Origin: Pseudomonadales bacterium
GTDB taxonomy: Bacteria > Pseudomonadota > Gammaproteobacteria > Pseudomonadales > GM7GCV1
Direction of reading: 5' to 3'
NCBI GenBank assembly: GCA_965204215.1
Contig: CBDBDZ010000014.1
Coordinates: 165,252-229,251 of the forward strand
DNA length: 64,000 bases
Numbering within the stretch: the stretch's first letter is position 1; each line of letters opens with the position of its first letter. Made by a program: the position numbers and the translations under genes. Below the pieces are notes generated by a model. It ran no database searches, was not told the DNA's origin, and worked only from the letters and a program-made list of their open reading frames with translations. This document shows positions 9,631 to 18,466 of this stretch, one piece after another.

Positions 9631-10710
9631 ATTCAACTCATAAGTGCACATTGGTTAGAAAAAATAAGTTTATCTTGAGTTAGCTCAAGAAATACCTGCC
9701 AAGGGGTTTTGTACCCCAAGCATTTACGTGGTCGATTATTAATTTTATCAACCGCATTAAATACCTCGGTAGTGGTTACTTTATCTAATGCCATGCCCTT
9801 AGGAAAATAACGTCTAAGCAACCCATTGCTTTGTTCGTTTAAGCCCCTCTCCCAACTATGATAAGGCCTAGCAAAATAGCCTTTACAATCGAGCTTTTCG
9901 GCAATGATATTATGGGCTGAGAACTCACGACCATTATCATAGGTTATCGTGTGGACATAATCCCTAAAAGTAGCTAAAAGAGTGATAACTGCGGCGCTTG
10001 TTAGCTCTGCTGTCTTACGGGCAATTGGCATAGCTAGATAAAGTCGACTACGCCGCTCTGCTAGTGTAACGATAGCTCCTTTATGGCCTTTACCAATAAC
10101 CGTGTCCGCTTCCCAATCGCCTAATCGGCTTTTTTTATCAACAATAGAGGGGCGTTCTTCAATATCAATCCGATTGGGGATACGGCCTCTATAATCGTTC
10201 TTACCATAGCGTTTGCGGTTCTTTTTAGAGGCATGACTCAAATGCCGATAAAGATTGCCTCCCTTGGCTTTATCGGCATAAATAAAGCGATAGACACTTT
10301 CATGATGAATACTAATGCCTTGCTCCATCTTGAGAATGGCGCAAATAATCTCAGGACTCCAGTCTATCTTCAACTTCTTAATAATAAAATCTTGAATCGA
10401 TTTTGTTAGCTTTATTGACTTTGTCTTCATTTGATGTCGTTGCTGAGCTTTCTCATGAGCCTGCTTAAAACGGTAACCATTCAAGCCAGTATTGCGCTTC
10501 AATTCACGACCTATCGTTGTATGGTGACGACCCATACTTTTTGCTATCGATGAATTGCTAAATCCGCTTCGTTTCATGGTGTAAATGTGGTATCTTTCGT
10601 TGTCGGTTAATTGTATATATCGTGTGGTCATTGCATCACCTTTAAGTTTTTCGACGAACTGCATTATACAGTTAATCGACTTTTTTAAGATGTGCACTTA
10701 TTATGCGAAC
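9631..10710 (-). mobile_element. IS30-family insertion sequence
   Basis: Ends read inward as ATTCAACTCATAAGTGCACAT and GTTCGCATAATAAGTGCACAT. The element is about 1.08 kb. Confidence 0.85.
9633..10631 (-). CDS. IS30 transposase, apparently intact (start probably MTTRYIQLT)
   Basis: HTH (TIGRELKRN), WEADTVIG, TYDNGREF, WERGLNEQSNGLLRRYFPK and NNRPRKCLGYKTP motifs. Confidence 0.92.
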   Translation of the reverse strand: MTTRYIQLTDNERYHIYTMKRSGFSNSSIAKSMGRHHTTIGRELKRNTGLNGYRFKQAHEKAQQRHQMKTKSIKLTKSIQDFIIKKLKIDWSPEIICAILKMEQGISIHHESVYRFIYADKAKGGNLYRHLSHASKKNRKRYGKNDYRGRIPNRIDIEERPSIVDKKSRLGDWEADTVIGKGHKGAIVTLAERRSRLYLAMPIARKTAELTSAAVITLLATFRDYVHTITYDNGREFSAHNIIAEKLDCKGYFARPYHSWERGLNEQSNGLLRRYFPKGMALDKVTTTEVFNAVDKINNRPRKCLGYKTPWQVFLELTQDKLIFSNQCALMS

Positions 10711-10760
10711 TTAGGTGTTTTAATAGTTGCTCTGATTGTTAGATATGGTAATATTGGAAT

Positions 10761-11294
10761 ATGAGCAAATTATCATCAAAGCAAATATTAACTAGGTTCA
10801 TTCAAAACACTGGAAAGATGGAAGAAGTAACTTACCGATTCTGGGATGTCGTCATTAAAGCTCTAGGTTTTGTAGCTATTGTTATATCCATATTTTTTAA
10901 TGGTTGTCAGTATAGTGATTCGACACAACGCGAGTACCAAAAAGAATATTGGGCAAAGCAGTTAGAAAGTTGTGAAGAAGTGGCTGAATCATTAGCTGCA
11001 ATTAGTCTAAAGTCAAAAGATAATGAAGCTATGCAAGAAGACGATGACCTTAAAGTTTTTCAATATTACATCGGTAAAAATAGATTGTATTTGAGTAGTG
11101 AAGCTCTTGATTACGTGCAAAACTTTGGTTTGAAGTTAAATAGCTGCTTAACTGAAAGAAAATGCAGCACAACAAACTTTACATCTCTTGTTATGGGATT
11201 TGTTGAAATTTGCAGGAGAGACATATCAAACTATTGGGATATCCCATTAGAGAAACTTGGCAAATCGGCTTACAGAGATGATTACAAAAATTAA
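10761..11294 (+). CDS. Hypothetical single-TM membrane protein
   Basis: 177-aa open frame with one hydrophobic stretch (VVIKALGFVAIVISIFF); AT-rich. Confidence 0.6.
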   Translation: MSKLSSKQILTRFIQNTGKMEEVTYRFWDVVIKALGFVAIVISIFFNGCQYSDSTQREYQKEYWAKQLESCEEVAESLAAISLKSKDNEAMQEDDDLKVFQYYIGKNRLYLSSEALDYVQNFGLKLNSCLTERKCSTTNFTSLVMGFVEICRRDISNYWDIPLEKLGKSAYRDDYKN

Positions 11295-11311
11295 AAAAGC
11301 CAGTCGGTTTA

Positions 11312-13123
11312 GTGTCAGTAAATCCTCATAATTTCAATGTGATTAAACCAGAACTCACCCAAGGATTTATCAAGTTTTTTAAGAGTAACAGTAATAAAAA
11401 TCAGAGGGAGTGGATTTTAAACAAATACCACTATATAGCCATCTTTATGGTTGCATTAATAATAGTTTGCAAAGAGTATGATAGAGAAGTTATCAATTTT
11501 TTGAACCTTCATAATTCAGCGCTAAACTGGTTTCTATCATTAATTGCGTTACTTTTGTTATTTATAGTGCTTTTCGATATTTTATTTATAAGGGCATTTT
11601 GTATGTCCGAGAAAAACTGGAAAATAGCCGAATTCATTTGGTTTTTTGTGGCAAGTTTTACCTTGATAACTTTTGTTACACAACTAAATGAATTTTTTAA
11701 AGTTTCAGAGGATTATCAAAAAGAGTCTATTTTAAAAGTGGAGTACAGTTATTTCTTATCTGATTTAAACAATAAATCTTTGAGTATGTATTGTAAGAAT
11801 TACAATGGATTAGCTGAAGGGGTTAAACTTTCTGAAGTAAGTCCGAAAACTAAATTTTGTTTTAAATACGACCTACTTTTTAATGAGGCATTGTTTAAAG
11901 TACAGCACAATGAGTCTATTGGTATAATTCAACGAGAAGATTATTATCATGGTAGTATTGATACTGAAATATTAAATGTCATGGATACAGTCACAAGTAG
12001 TTACAATGAATATGTAAAGCTCGTCCATGAGTATAGTCCAGCACCTTATAATAATCCCAATCGTCCAAGTGTTAGTCTGATATTATTTGCGTCTGCAATG
12101 TTTACAATAGCTCTTGCCCTTAGAATTACAAAGATACTTGCTGATTTGCATTTTTTAAAGTTGAAGGACAATAAAACTGAAAAAGGGCGATATGTAAATT
12201 TAAACATTTATAATAGTAATAACCCGTTATTGTTTAATCCGAATACACAATTCTTTAAGTTACCTATCTTATGGATATTTATCTCGCTGATTTTAATAGT
12301 CGCGTTTGTTATTACGCAGTCTATTATCTCCAATACTAATTTAGATTTAGGCGACAGCTATAGCAGTAGCTGGTTTAACAATATTGTTGAGAAATTCCAA
12401 GTACCTATAGGAATACTTGCCCTACTAATTCCTATTATTGCTATTCTCAATGCCAATCATCGCTCCGAACAAGCTAAAAAACAAATTGAAATTAACCAAG
12501 AGCAAAACATTTTCGCTAATCACTATAAACACCTAGATAGTTTCAAAGCACATGTAGAAGAAATTATTAAATCACATAATCTAATGTACTTTGAAATTAT
12601 TAGTATTGTTAACCTTCATAAGTGTTGCTTCCCTAAATCACTTGAAGGGATTAGGAATTTAGATAAAAAATTAATTGATTTGATAAATTATCAACTAAGT
12701 ACTCTATACAATAGTTTGAAATCAATGGGGGAAAGCGATAAAACTCAAATTTCCGAGAAATTGCTACTAGAACTAATCTCTCCTATAAATGTTATTGAAC
12801 GTGAGCTATTTATTATTAATCAAGAGGATAAAAATAAATTGTTCAAGATTATTGATAATGCCCCTGTGAATCCAAATACTTTTAAAGATGCCTTTGAGAA
12901 TATCCAGTCTCGGTTAACTTTCATTAAAGACATTTTAGATTATGAAGGAGAAATCAATAATTTAAATTGGTTAATATATTTTATAAACTTTCCAGTTGAG
13001 GATTCATGGGGAGATGTATGCCTTGAAGTTAACCATGAATATGTTAATTTTCAAATGCCATCATTAGCGTTAGGATATTCTTTATTTGAAAATTACGATT
13101 CAAAAGTTAAAGAATTATACTAA
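11312..13123 (+). CDS. Hypothetical multi-TM protein, possibly a fusion of two genes
   Basis: 603-aa open frame with two separate clusters of TM helices, each followed by a soluble region. Confidence 0.6.
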   Translation: MSVNPHNFNVIKPELTQGFIKFFKSNSNKNQREWILNKYHYIAIFMVALIIVCKEYDREVINFLNLHNSALNWFLSLIALLLLFIVLFDILFIRAFCMSEKNWKIAEFIWFFVASFTLITFVTQLNEFFKVSEDYQKESILKVEYSYFLSDLNNKSLSMYCKNYNGLAEGVKLSEVSPKTKFCFKYDLLFNEALFKVQHNESIGIIQREDYYHGSIDTEILNVMDTVTSSYNEYVKLVHEYSPAPYNNPNRPSVSLILFASAMFTIALALRITKILADLHFLKLKDNKTEKGRYVNLNIYNSNNPLLFNPNTQFFKLPILWIFISLILIVAFVITQSIISNTNLDLGDSYSSSWFNNIVEKFQVPIGILALLIPIIAILNANHRSEQAKKQIEINQEQNIFANHYKHLDSFKAHVEEIIKSHNLMYFEIISIVNLHKCCFPKSLEGIRNLDKKLIDLINYQLSTLYNSLKSMGESDKTQISEKLLLELISPINVIERELFIINQEDKNKLFKIIDNAPVNPNTFKDAFENIQSRLTFIKDILDYEGEINNLNWLIYFINFPVEDSWGDVCLEVNHEYVNFQMPSLALGYSLFENYDSKVKELY

Positions 13124-13193
13124 TTTTGAATAGTTAATGACCATACAGTGACCCAAAAAGATGCTTGAGAGTTTTTCATTCCGTGATTTTATT

Positions 13194-13224
13194 TAAGTCA
13201 TTGATTTAATTGGAGCGGGAGCCG
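13194..13224 (-). other. att-like remnant: IHF consensus site next to a tRNA 3'-end-like fragment
   Basis: The minus strand reads AATCAATGACTTA, matching WATCAANNNNTTR. AATTGGAGCGGGAGCCG (13208-13224) resembles AATTGGTTGCGGGAGCCG (8694-8711) at the tRNA-fMet 3' end. Confidence 0.4.
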
Positions 13225-13231
13225 TAGACCC

Positions 13232-15123
13232 CCCGACTTCGACAGATTTGTCATCTAATCAAGCTTGAAAGCTACTAAATTGGTCAAAATACTTGGGTTT
13301 TGATTTGTAGTGCCTAGTTAATTTTTATTATTTACTTTCGTTTTGCACTGTGCTATAATGACGCTATGTTCGTTCGAGTTAAGTCCACTCCCAATAGCCC
13401 ACGCAAAACTGTTCAAATTGTTGAAAGTATTCGCGATGGTAACAAAGTCAAGCAAAAGATAGTACGCTACGTTGGCGTTGCCATGAATGACGACGAACTG
13501 GTTAAATTAAAAGAAGTTGCCGAATATGTTAAAGCCAATATTGAGGCTGAACATCAGGCCAGTTTGTTTAATCCAGAGCAGGTCGCACAGCAAGTTATTG
13601 AAAGTAAATCACAATCTGAATCAAACAAACCGCTTCAGGTTGATTTAAAACAACTGCGTGAACAACAGCGTGTCACTGTGGGTATCCATGAGATATATGG
13701 TCAATTATTCGATGAATTGGGTTTTGGTTCATCGATTGGTCACCCCAGCCATAATGTCAGTGCTGTTGATATTTTCCGCCATATTGTATTGGCTCGTATT
13801 GCTAATCCTGTCAGCAAACGAGAGACGGTGACCTCATTAGAGCAAGATTTTGGCATTAGCATCCCATTGGAGAAAGTCTATCGGATGATGGATAAATTGG
13901 ATGATAAAGCGATTAATCGAATAAAGGATACCGTGCTATCAGGAACACGTCAGCTGGTAGGTCATGCTGTTGATGTGTTGTTCTTTGACTGTACAACACT
14001 TTATTTTGAATCTTTTACAGAAGATGAGTTAAAAAGCAATGGTTATAGTAAGGATATGAAGTTTAACCAGCCTCAGGTTCTGTTGGCGTTATTGGTGACT
14101 CAAGATGGGTTACCTGTCGGTTATGAAGTATATCCAGGCAACACATTTGAGGGTCATACGTTACAAGCAGCGATTGCTGATTTACACTTACACTATGACA
14201 TTGAACGCATTGTATTTGTTGCTGACAGAGGGTTGCTGAGTCAGAATAATTTGACTCATCTTGAAGCTCAGGAGATACCCTACATTGTGGGGGCTAAACT
14301 CAAGACCTTACCCCAACAAGAGCAAAGAGCCATCTTGAAACAAGTTGGCTATCTCAAACAAGGTAATGACGATGAACCCCGCAGCTATGAGTTTACATAT
14401 CAGGGTAGACGCTGGATTGTTGAATATAATCATGCCCGAGCAGAGAAAGACCGAAAGGATAGGGAGCAATCCATAGAACGCATTACTAAAAAACTTAAGC
14501 GAAGTAAGAATCCTAAGAGCCTGCTCAGCAATTTTGGTTACAAGAAGTATTTGAAAATGGCAGGCGACACGCATATCAGTGTTGACCAGAGCAAAATAGA
14601 ACGCGATTCCCAATGGGATGGGCTCAAGGGCGTAGTAACGTCATTAGACACCATGTCAGCACAGGGCGTTTTTGGTCATTACAAAGGGCTATGGCAAGTT
14701 GAAGACAGTTTTCGCATCACCAAACATGATCTGAAAGTACGCCCTATCTATCACTGGACACCCAAACGCATTCAAGCTCATCTGGCTATCTCTTTTGTTG
14801 CATTTAGCTTAGTGCGATTCTTAAGCTATCGTGTCAAGCTCCAGCACAGAAAGTTATCACCTGCTGTGATCCGCAATGCGCTATTGCATGTTCAGCGTAG
14901 TCTATTGGTGCATATCAAAACGAAAGTGCTTTATTGCATTCCTTCCAATGTTAACCCTGAGGCCAGCAAAATTTACCAGGTGATGGGTCGAAAACTCTCA
15001 ACCACTCCATTCCAGCTAACGTAGAAACTTATAAATAACTCTTAATAAATAGCTTGTAGTGCCTAACTAAAATTGGGACTCTTTTAAAATCAATCACTTA
15101 CGAAAAAAAGTGTCGAAGTCGGG
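13232..15123 (+). mobile_element. IS1634-family insertion sequence
   Basis: Perfect 13-bp IRs CCCGACTTCGACA / TGTCGAAGTCGGG. Internal direct repeat TTGTAGTGCCTA near both ends. Confidence 0.9.
13366..15024 (+). CDS. IS1634-family transposase
   Basis: MFVRVKSTPNSPRKTVQIVES, FFDCTTLYFE, FVADRG and YKGLWQVEDSFRITK motifs. Confidence 0.92.
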   Translation: MFVRVKSTPNSPRKTVQIVESIRDGNKVKQKIVRYVGVAMNDDELVKLKEVAEYVKANIEAEHQASLFNPEQVAQQVIESKSQSESNKPLQVDLKQLREQQRVTVGIHEIYGQLFDELGFGSSIGHPSHNVSAVDIFRHIVLARIANPVSKRETVTSLEQDFGISIPLEKVYRMMDKLDDKAINRIKDTVLSGTRQLVGHAVDVLFFDCTTLYFESFTEDELKSNGYSKDMKFNQPQVLLALLVTQDGLPVGYEVYPGNTFEGHTLQAAIADLHLHYDIERIVFVADRGLLSQNNLTHLEAQEIPYIVGAKLKTLPQQEQRAILKQVGYLKQGNDDEPRSYEFTYQGRRWIVEYNHARAEKDRKDREQSIERITKKLKRSKNPKSLLSNFGYKKYLKMAGDTHISVDQSKIERDSQWDGLKGVVTSLDTMSAQGVFGHYKGLWQVEDSFRITKHDLKVRPIYHWTPKRIQAHLAISFVAFSLVRFLSYRVKLQHRKLSPAVIRNALLHVQRSLLVHIKTKVLYCIPSNVNPEASKIYQVMGRKLSTTPFQLT

Positions 15124-15352
15124 AGTTGAACGCTAATTTCACTTCTAAGAGTTTGAATGTTATTGATAAACGCTTATTCTTCGATTCACTTCATAAGTGA
15201 ATTACAAACCGCTACCTGGCTTTACAGCCCTTTTCAGTTCACACTGCTGCGTTATGGCTTTTGGTAAGGGCTACAACCATTACCTGCAAGCCATGCCTTG
15301 CATTATTTCCTGAAAATAACTGTAAATTCCAGGTTCAACTACGGAATCTAGG
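15124..15352 (+). repeat. MITE-A copy missing its first 12 bp (abuts the IS1634 end)
   Basis: Nearly identical to 29832-30060. Ends GTTCAACTACGGAATCTAGG followed by TTAAT. Confidence 0.9.
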
Positions 15353-15808
15353 TTAATCATTAATTGATAATTGGCGCTGTAGTTGAATGATAGATTGTAG
15401 TTCTGAAATAGCTTGTTTTAATGTGTCGATTAAAGATAAATCCAGTTGGTCGCTGCTAATGGTATTTAATATTGAATGATTGCTATGTTGCGCCATTAAT
15501 GTGGTCTCGTGCTGCATAGTAATTTGTTGCCAGTATTTGTTATTAACAAGTTGATTGATATTACCATTGACCAGTTGATGTTTGCCTAATAACACTTGAA
15601 ACTGATCGATGGAAAGAATACTGTCCACATCAGGTAAAATCATTTCAACGGCAATTTCTCGTAAATAGAAGACAGTTACTAAATACAGATGATATTGACA
15701 TGAAACAATCAGACCTTGTTTTTTCCGTTGATTAGTTTGATTTTCAATAAGCTCAATATGATCTTGCGCCATCGTTAAATGTAAATTCACCAGTTGTGCG
15801 TAAGTCAC
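15353..15808 (-). CDS. Hypothetical protein downstream of topA (possibly DUF6586-like)
   Basis: 151-aa ORF co-oriented with topA. The family guess rests on position and the YHLY..YLREIA pattern. Confidence 0.55.
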   Translation of the reverse strand: MTYAQLVNLHLTMAQDHIELIENQTNQRKKQGLIVSCQYHLYLVTVFYLREIAVEMILPDVDSILSIDQFQVLLGKHQLVNGNINQLVNNKYWQQITMQHETTLMAQHSNHSILNTISSDQLDLSLIDTLKQAISELQSIIQLQRQLSIND

Positions 15809-15827
15809 AGATTTATGAATTGTTCGG

Positions 15828-18440
15828 TTATTTGCTCGTTACCCATTGGTTGTTGCGATAATAGCTGCTCCAGCCTGTAGCCTTGCCATTTTGTTCGGCA
15901 CGAAGATATATTTCTTGAGTTTTACGAGAGTAGCGTACAATCACGTCGTTGCCATCAGTGTCAGTATCTGGTCCACTTAACAAATAGTGGTATTTAGGGT
16001 CTAATTCATCCTTATGGGAACGAATTTCAGCTAGCAAAGGTGCACGAGTTTCTCTATGTTTTGGGTATTGGCTAGCTGCTAAAAATAGTCCAGCTGCACC
16101 GTCGCGCAGTAAATAGTAATCATCAACTTTGGCACAGCGCAATTCAGGCATGGGGACAGGATTCATTTTAGGTGGTGCTACTTGCCCATTCCGTAATAAT
16201 TTACGAGTATTTTTACATTCGCTGTTAGAACAGCCAAAGTATTTTCCAAAGCGCCCGTCTTTGAGTTGCATTTCGTTGCTGCATTTATCGCATTCTAATG
16301 TTGGACCTTCGTAACCGCGTATTTTGAATTCTCCTCGTTCCAATTCATAGCCGGCACAATCTGGATTGTTAGCACAAATATGAATTTTGTACTGACTGTC
16401 TATAAGCCAGGGTTCCATAACGGAATTGCAACGCTTGCAACGCTTGCGAGTACGCAATAAGAAACCTTCCGAATCTTCATCTGCTTCGGTATTAATGGCT
16501 TCATCACCATTGGATAAGCTCATGGTCTTTTTGCAACGTTCTTTAGGAGGTAGTCCGTAACCCGAGCAACCCAAAAATACCCCAGTTGAAGCATTACGAA
16601 TTTGCATTGGCTGCCCGCAATTTTCACAAGATAAGCCGATAGGAATCGGTTGATTATGGCGCATATCCTGCTGAGCCTTATCTAAATCCGTTAAAAATTT
16701 GTTGTAAAAATTATTGAGAGATTGTTTCCAGTTAATACTACCTGTGGCAATATCATCTAATTGCTGTTCCATTCTTGCTGTGAATTCGTAGTCCATTAAA
16801 TCACTAAAGCTATCAATAAGACGCTCAGTAACAATTTCAGCGACTTTTGCTGCATAAAAACGTTTATTTTCTAACCTGGCATAGCCTCTGTCTTGAATAG
16901 TCTGGATAATGCTGGCATAAGTTGATGGACGACCAACTCCACTTTTTTCCAATTCTTTAACCAGACTTGCCTCAGAATAACGTGCGGGCGGTTTGGTAAA
17001 GAGCTGTTTAGGATTTAAGGCTTGTAATTGTAAAGTCTCTCCCACGGCGTAGTCAGGTAATTCCTGTTCATCTTCCTTTTTGGTGGGAGTGGGCATTACT
17101 TTCTGATAGCCGTCAAATTTCATCACACGACCTTTGGCTCTGAGGTGATAGTCTGCTGCTTGCACATCAATTACTGTAGATACAAATTGTGCATCAACCA
17201 TTTGGCAGGCAACGAAACGCTGCCAAATTAATTGGTATAAGCGCCTGGCATCTGGTTCCATAGCCGTTAGAGTGCTGGCAACCACATTGACATTGGAAGG
17301 ACGTATAGCCTCGTGTGCTTCTTGTGCTCCAGCTTTGCTACTGTATTGCTTTGCTGTTTTGGGTAAATACTTATCGCCAAAATTTTTTTCAATGTATTGA
17401 CGACAGTTTTGAATGGATTCTTCGCTTAAGTTCAGCGAGTCAGTTCGCATATAAGTAATATGTCCAGCTTCGTATAATCGCTGTGCCAATGTCATGGTTT
17501 TGCGCACACCAAAGCCCATAGCAGCACTGGCAGCTTGTTGCAGGGTTGACGTTATATATGGGGCGGGCGCTTTGGATTTAGTGGGCTTATCCTCTCTGTT
17601 TATCACGCTGTATTGTGCATTGCGTAAAGCCTCAACTGCTACATTTGAAGCCTGTTTGTTAGCAGGGCGATATTTTTTACCATCTGCTCCTCTCACTACC
17701 TCAAAGCGAACTTTTGACGTACTATTGTCTCTTAACAGGTCAGCATGCAATATCCAAAATTCTTCTGGAATAAACGATTTAATTTCACGCTCACGCTCAA
17801 CCAATATTCGTACCGCTACCGATTGAACACGACCTGCTGATAAGCCCCTGGCTACTTTTTGCCATAATAACGGCGATAACATAAAACCCACAATACGGTC
17901 TAAAAAGCGACGAGCTTGTTGCGCATTAACGCGATTGTAATCAATGGTGGATGGTTTAGAGAAAGCTTCTTTAATGGCTTTTTGAGTAATTTCATTAAAA
18001 ACTACGCGTTTATAATTATGATTTTTACCAACCACTTCTTGCAAATGCCAGGCAATGGCTTCACCCTCTCTATCCAAATCCGTTGCGAGGTATATGGCAT
18101 CGGCATTCTTAGCTAATTTTTTCAGTTCAGCGACTACTTTTTGTTTGCCGTCTAATACTTCATAACGTGCTAGCCAATCTTTATCGGGGTCTATGCCCAT
18201 TCTGTCAAATAGCTTTTTTCTGTCGCGTTCTTTTATGTAATGCTGTTTTTTATCCGCATCCATTTTGCGCACTTTGACAGCTTCTTGTGCGGTTTGTTTT
18301 TTATCGCGTGTAACAGAGCCCGCTTTGGGTAGGTCTCGAATATGTCCAACACTGGATTTAACAATAAAGTCATTGCCCAGATATTTATTAATCGTTTTGG
18401 CTTTTGCTGGAGACTCAACGATAACTAATGACTTGCCCAT
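15828..18440 (-). CDS. topA: DNA topoisomerase I
   Basis: LVIVESPAKAKTI, ATDLDREGEAIAWHL, SAGRVQS and ITYMRTDS motifs; C-terminal zinc ribbons. Confidence 0.98.
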   Translation of the reverse strand: MGKSLVIVESPAKAKTINKYLGNDFIVKSSVGHIRDLPKAGSVTRDKKQTAQEAVKVRKMDADKKQHYIKERDRKKLFDRMGIDPDKDWLARYEVLDGKQKVVAELKKLAKNADAIYLATDLDREGEAIAWHLQEVVGKNHNYKRVVFNEITQKAIKEAFSKPSTIDYNRVNAQQARRFLDRIVGFMLSPLLWQKVARGLSAGRVQSVAVRILVEREREIKSFIPEEFWILHADLLRDNSTSKVRFEVVRGADGKKYRPANKQASNVAVEALRNAQYSVINREDKPTKSKAPAPYITSTLQQAASAAMGFGVRKTMTLAQRLYEAGHITYMRTDSLNLSEESIQNCRQYIEKNFGDKYLPKTAKQYSSKAGAQEAHEAIRPSNVNVVASTLTAMEPDARRLYQLIWQRFVACQMVDAQFVSTVIDVQAADYHLRAKGRVMKFDGYQKVMPTPTKKEDEQELPDYAVGETLQLQALNPKQLFTKPPARYSEASLVKELEKSGVGRPSTYASIIQTIQDRGYARLENKRFYAAKVAEIVTERLIDSFSDLMDYEFTARMEQQLDDIATGSINWKQSLNNFYNKFLTDLDKAQQDMRHNQPIPIGLSCENCGQPMQIRNASTGVFLGCSGYGLPPKERCKKTMSLSNGDEAINTEADEDSEGFLLRTRKRCKRCNSVMEPWLIDSQYKIHICANNPDCAGYELERGEFKIRGYEGPTLECDKCSNEMQLKDGRFGKYFGCSNSECKNTRKLLRNGQVAPPKMNPVPMPELRCAKVDDYYLLRDGAAGLFLAASQYPKHRETRAPLLAEIRSHKDELDPKYHYLLSGPDTDTDGNDVIVRYSRKTQEIYLRAEQNGKATGWSSYYRNNQWVTSK

Positions 18441-18466
18441 TGGTTTTATATGCTAGGCGATGCGCA

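Noticed and set aside
10711-13140. Integron cassette array
   Set aside because: There is one GTTAGAT core-like site at about 10738, but no paired RYYYAAC/attC hairpins after the ORFs and no intI.
8697-13224. Excisable island bounded by the two fMet-like direct repeats
   Set aside because: The interval contains rpmB, rpmG and most of the tRNA, and the second repeat is degenerate.
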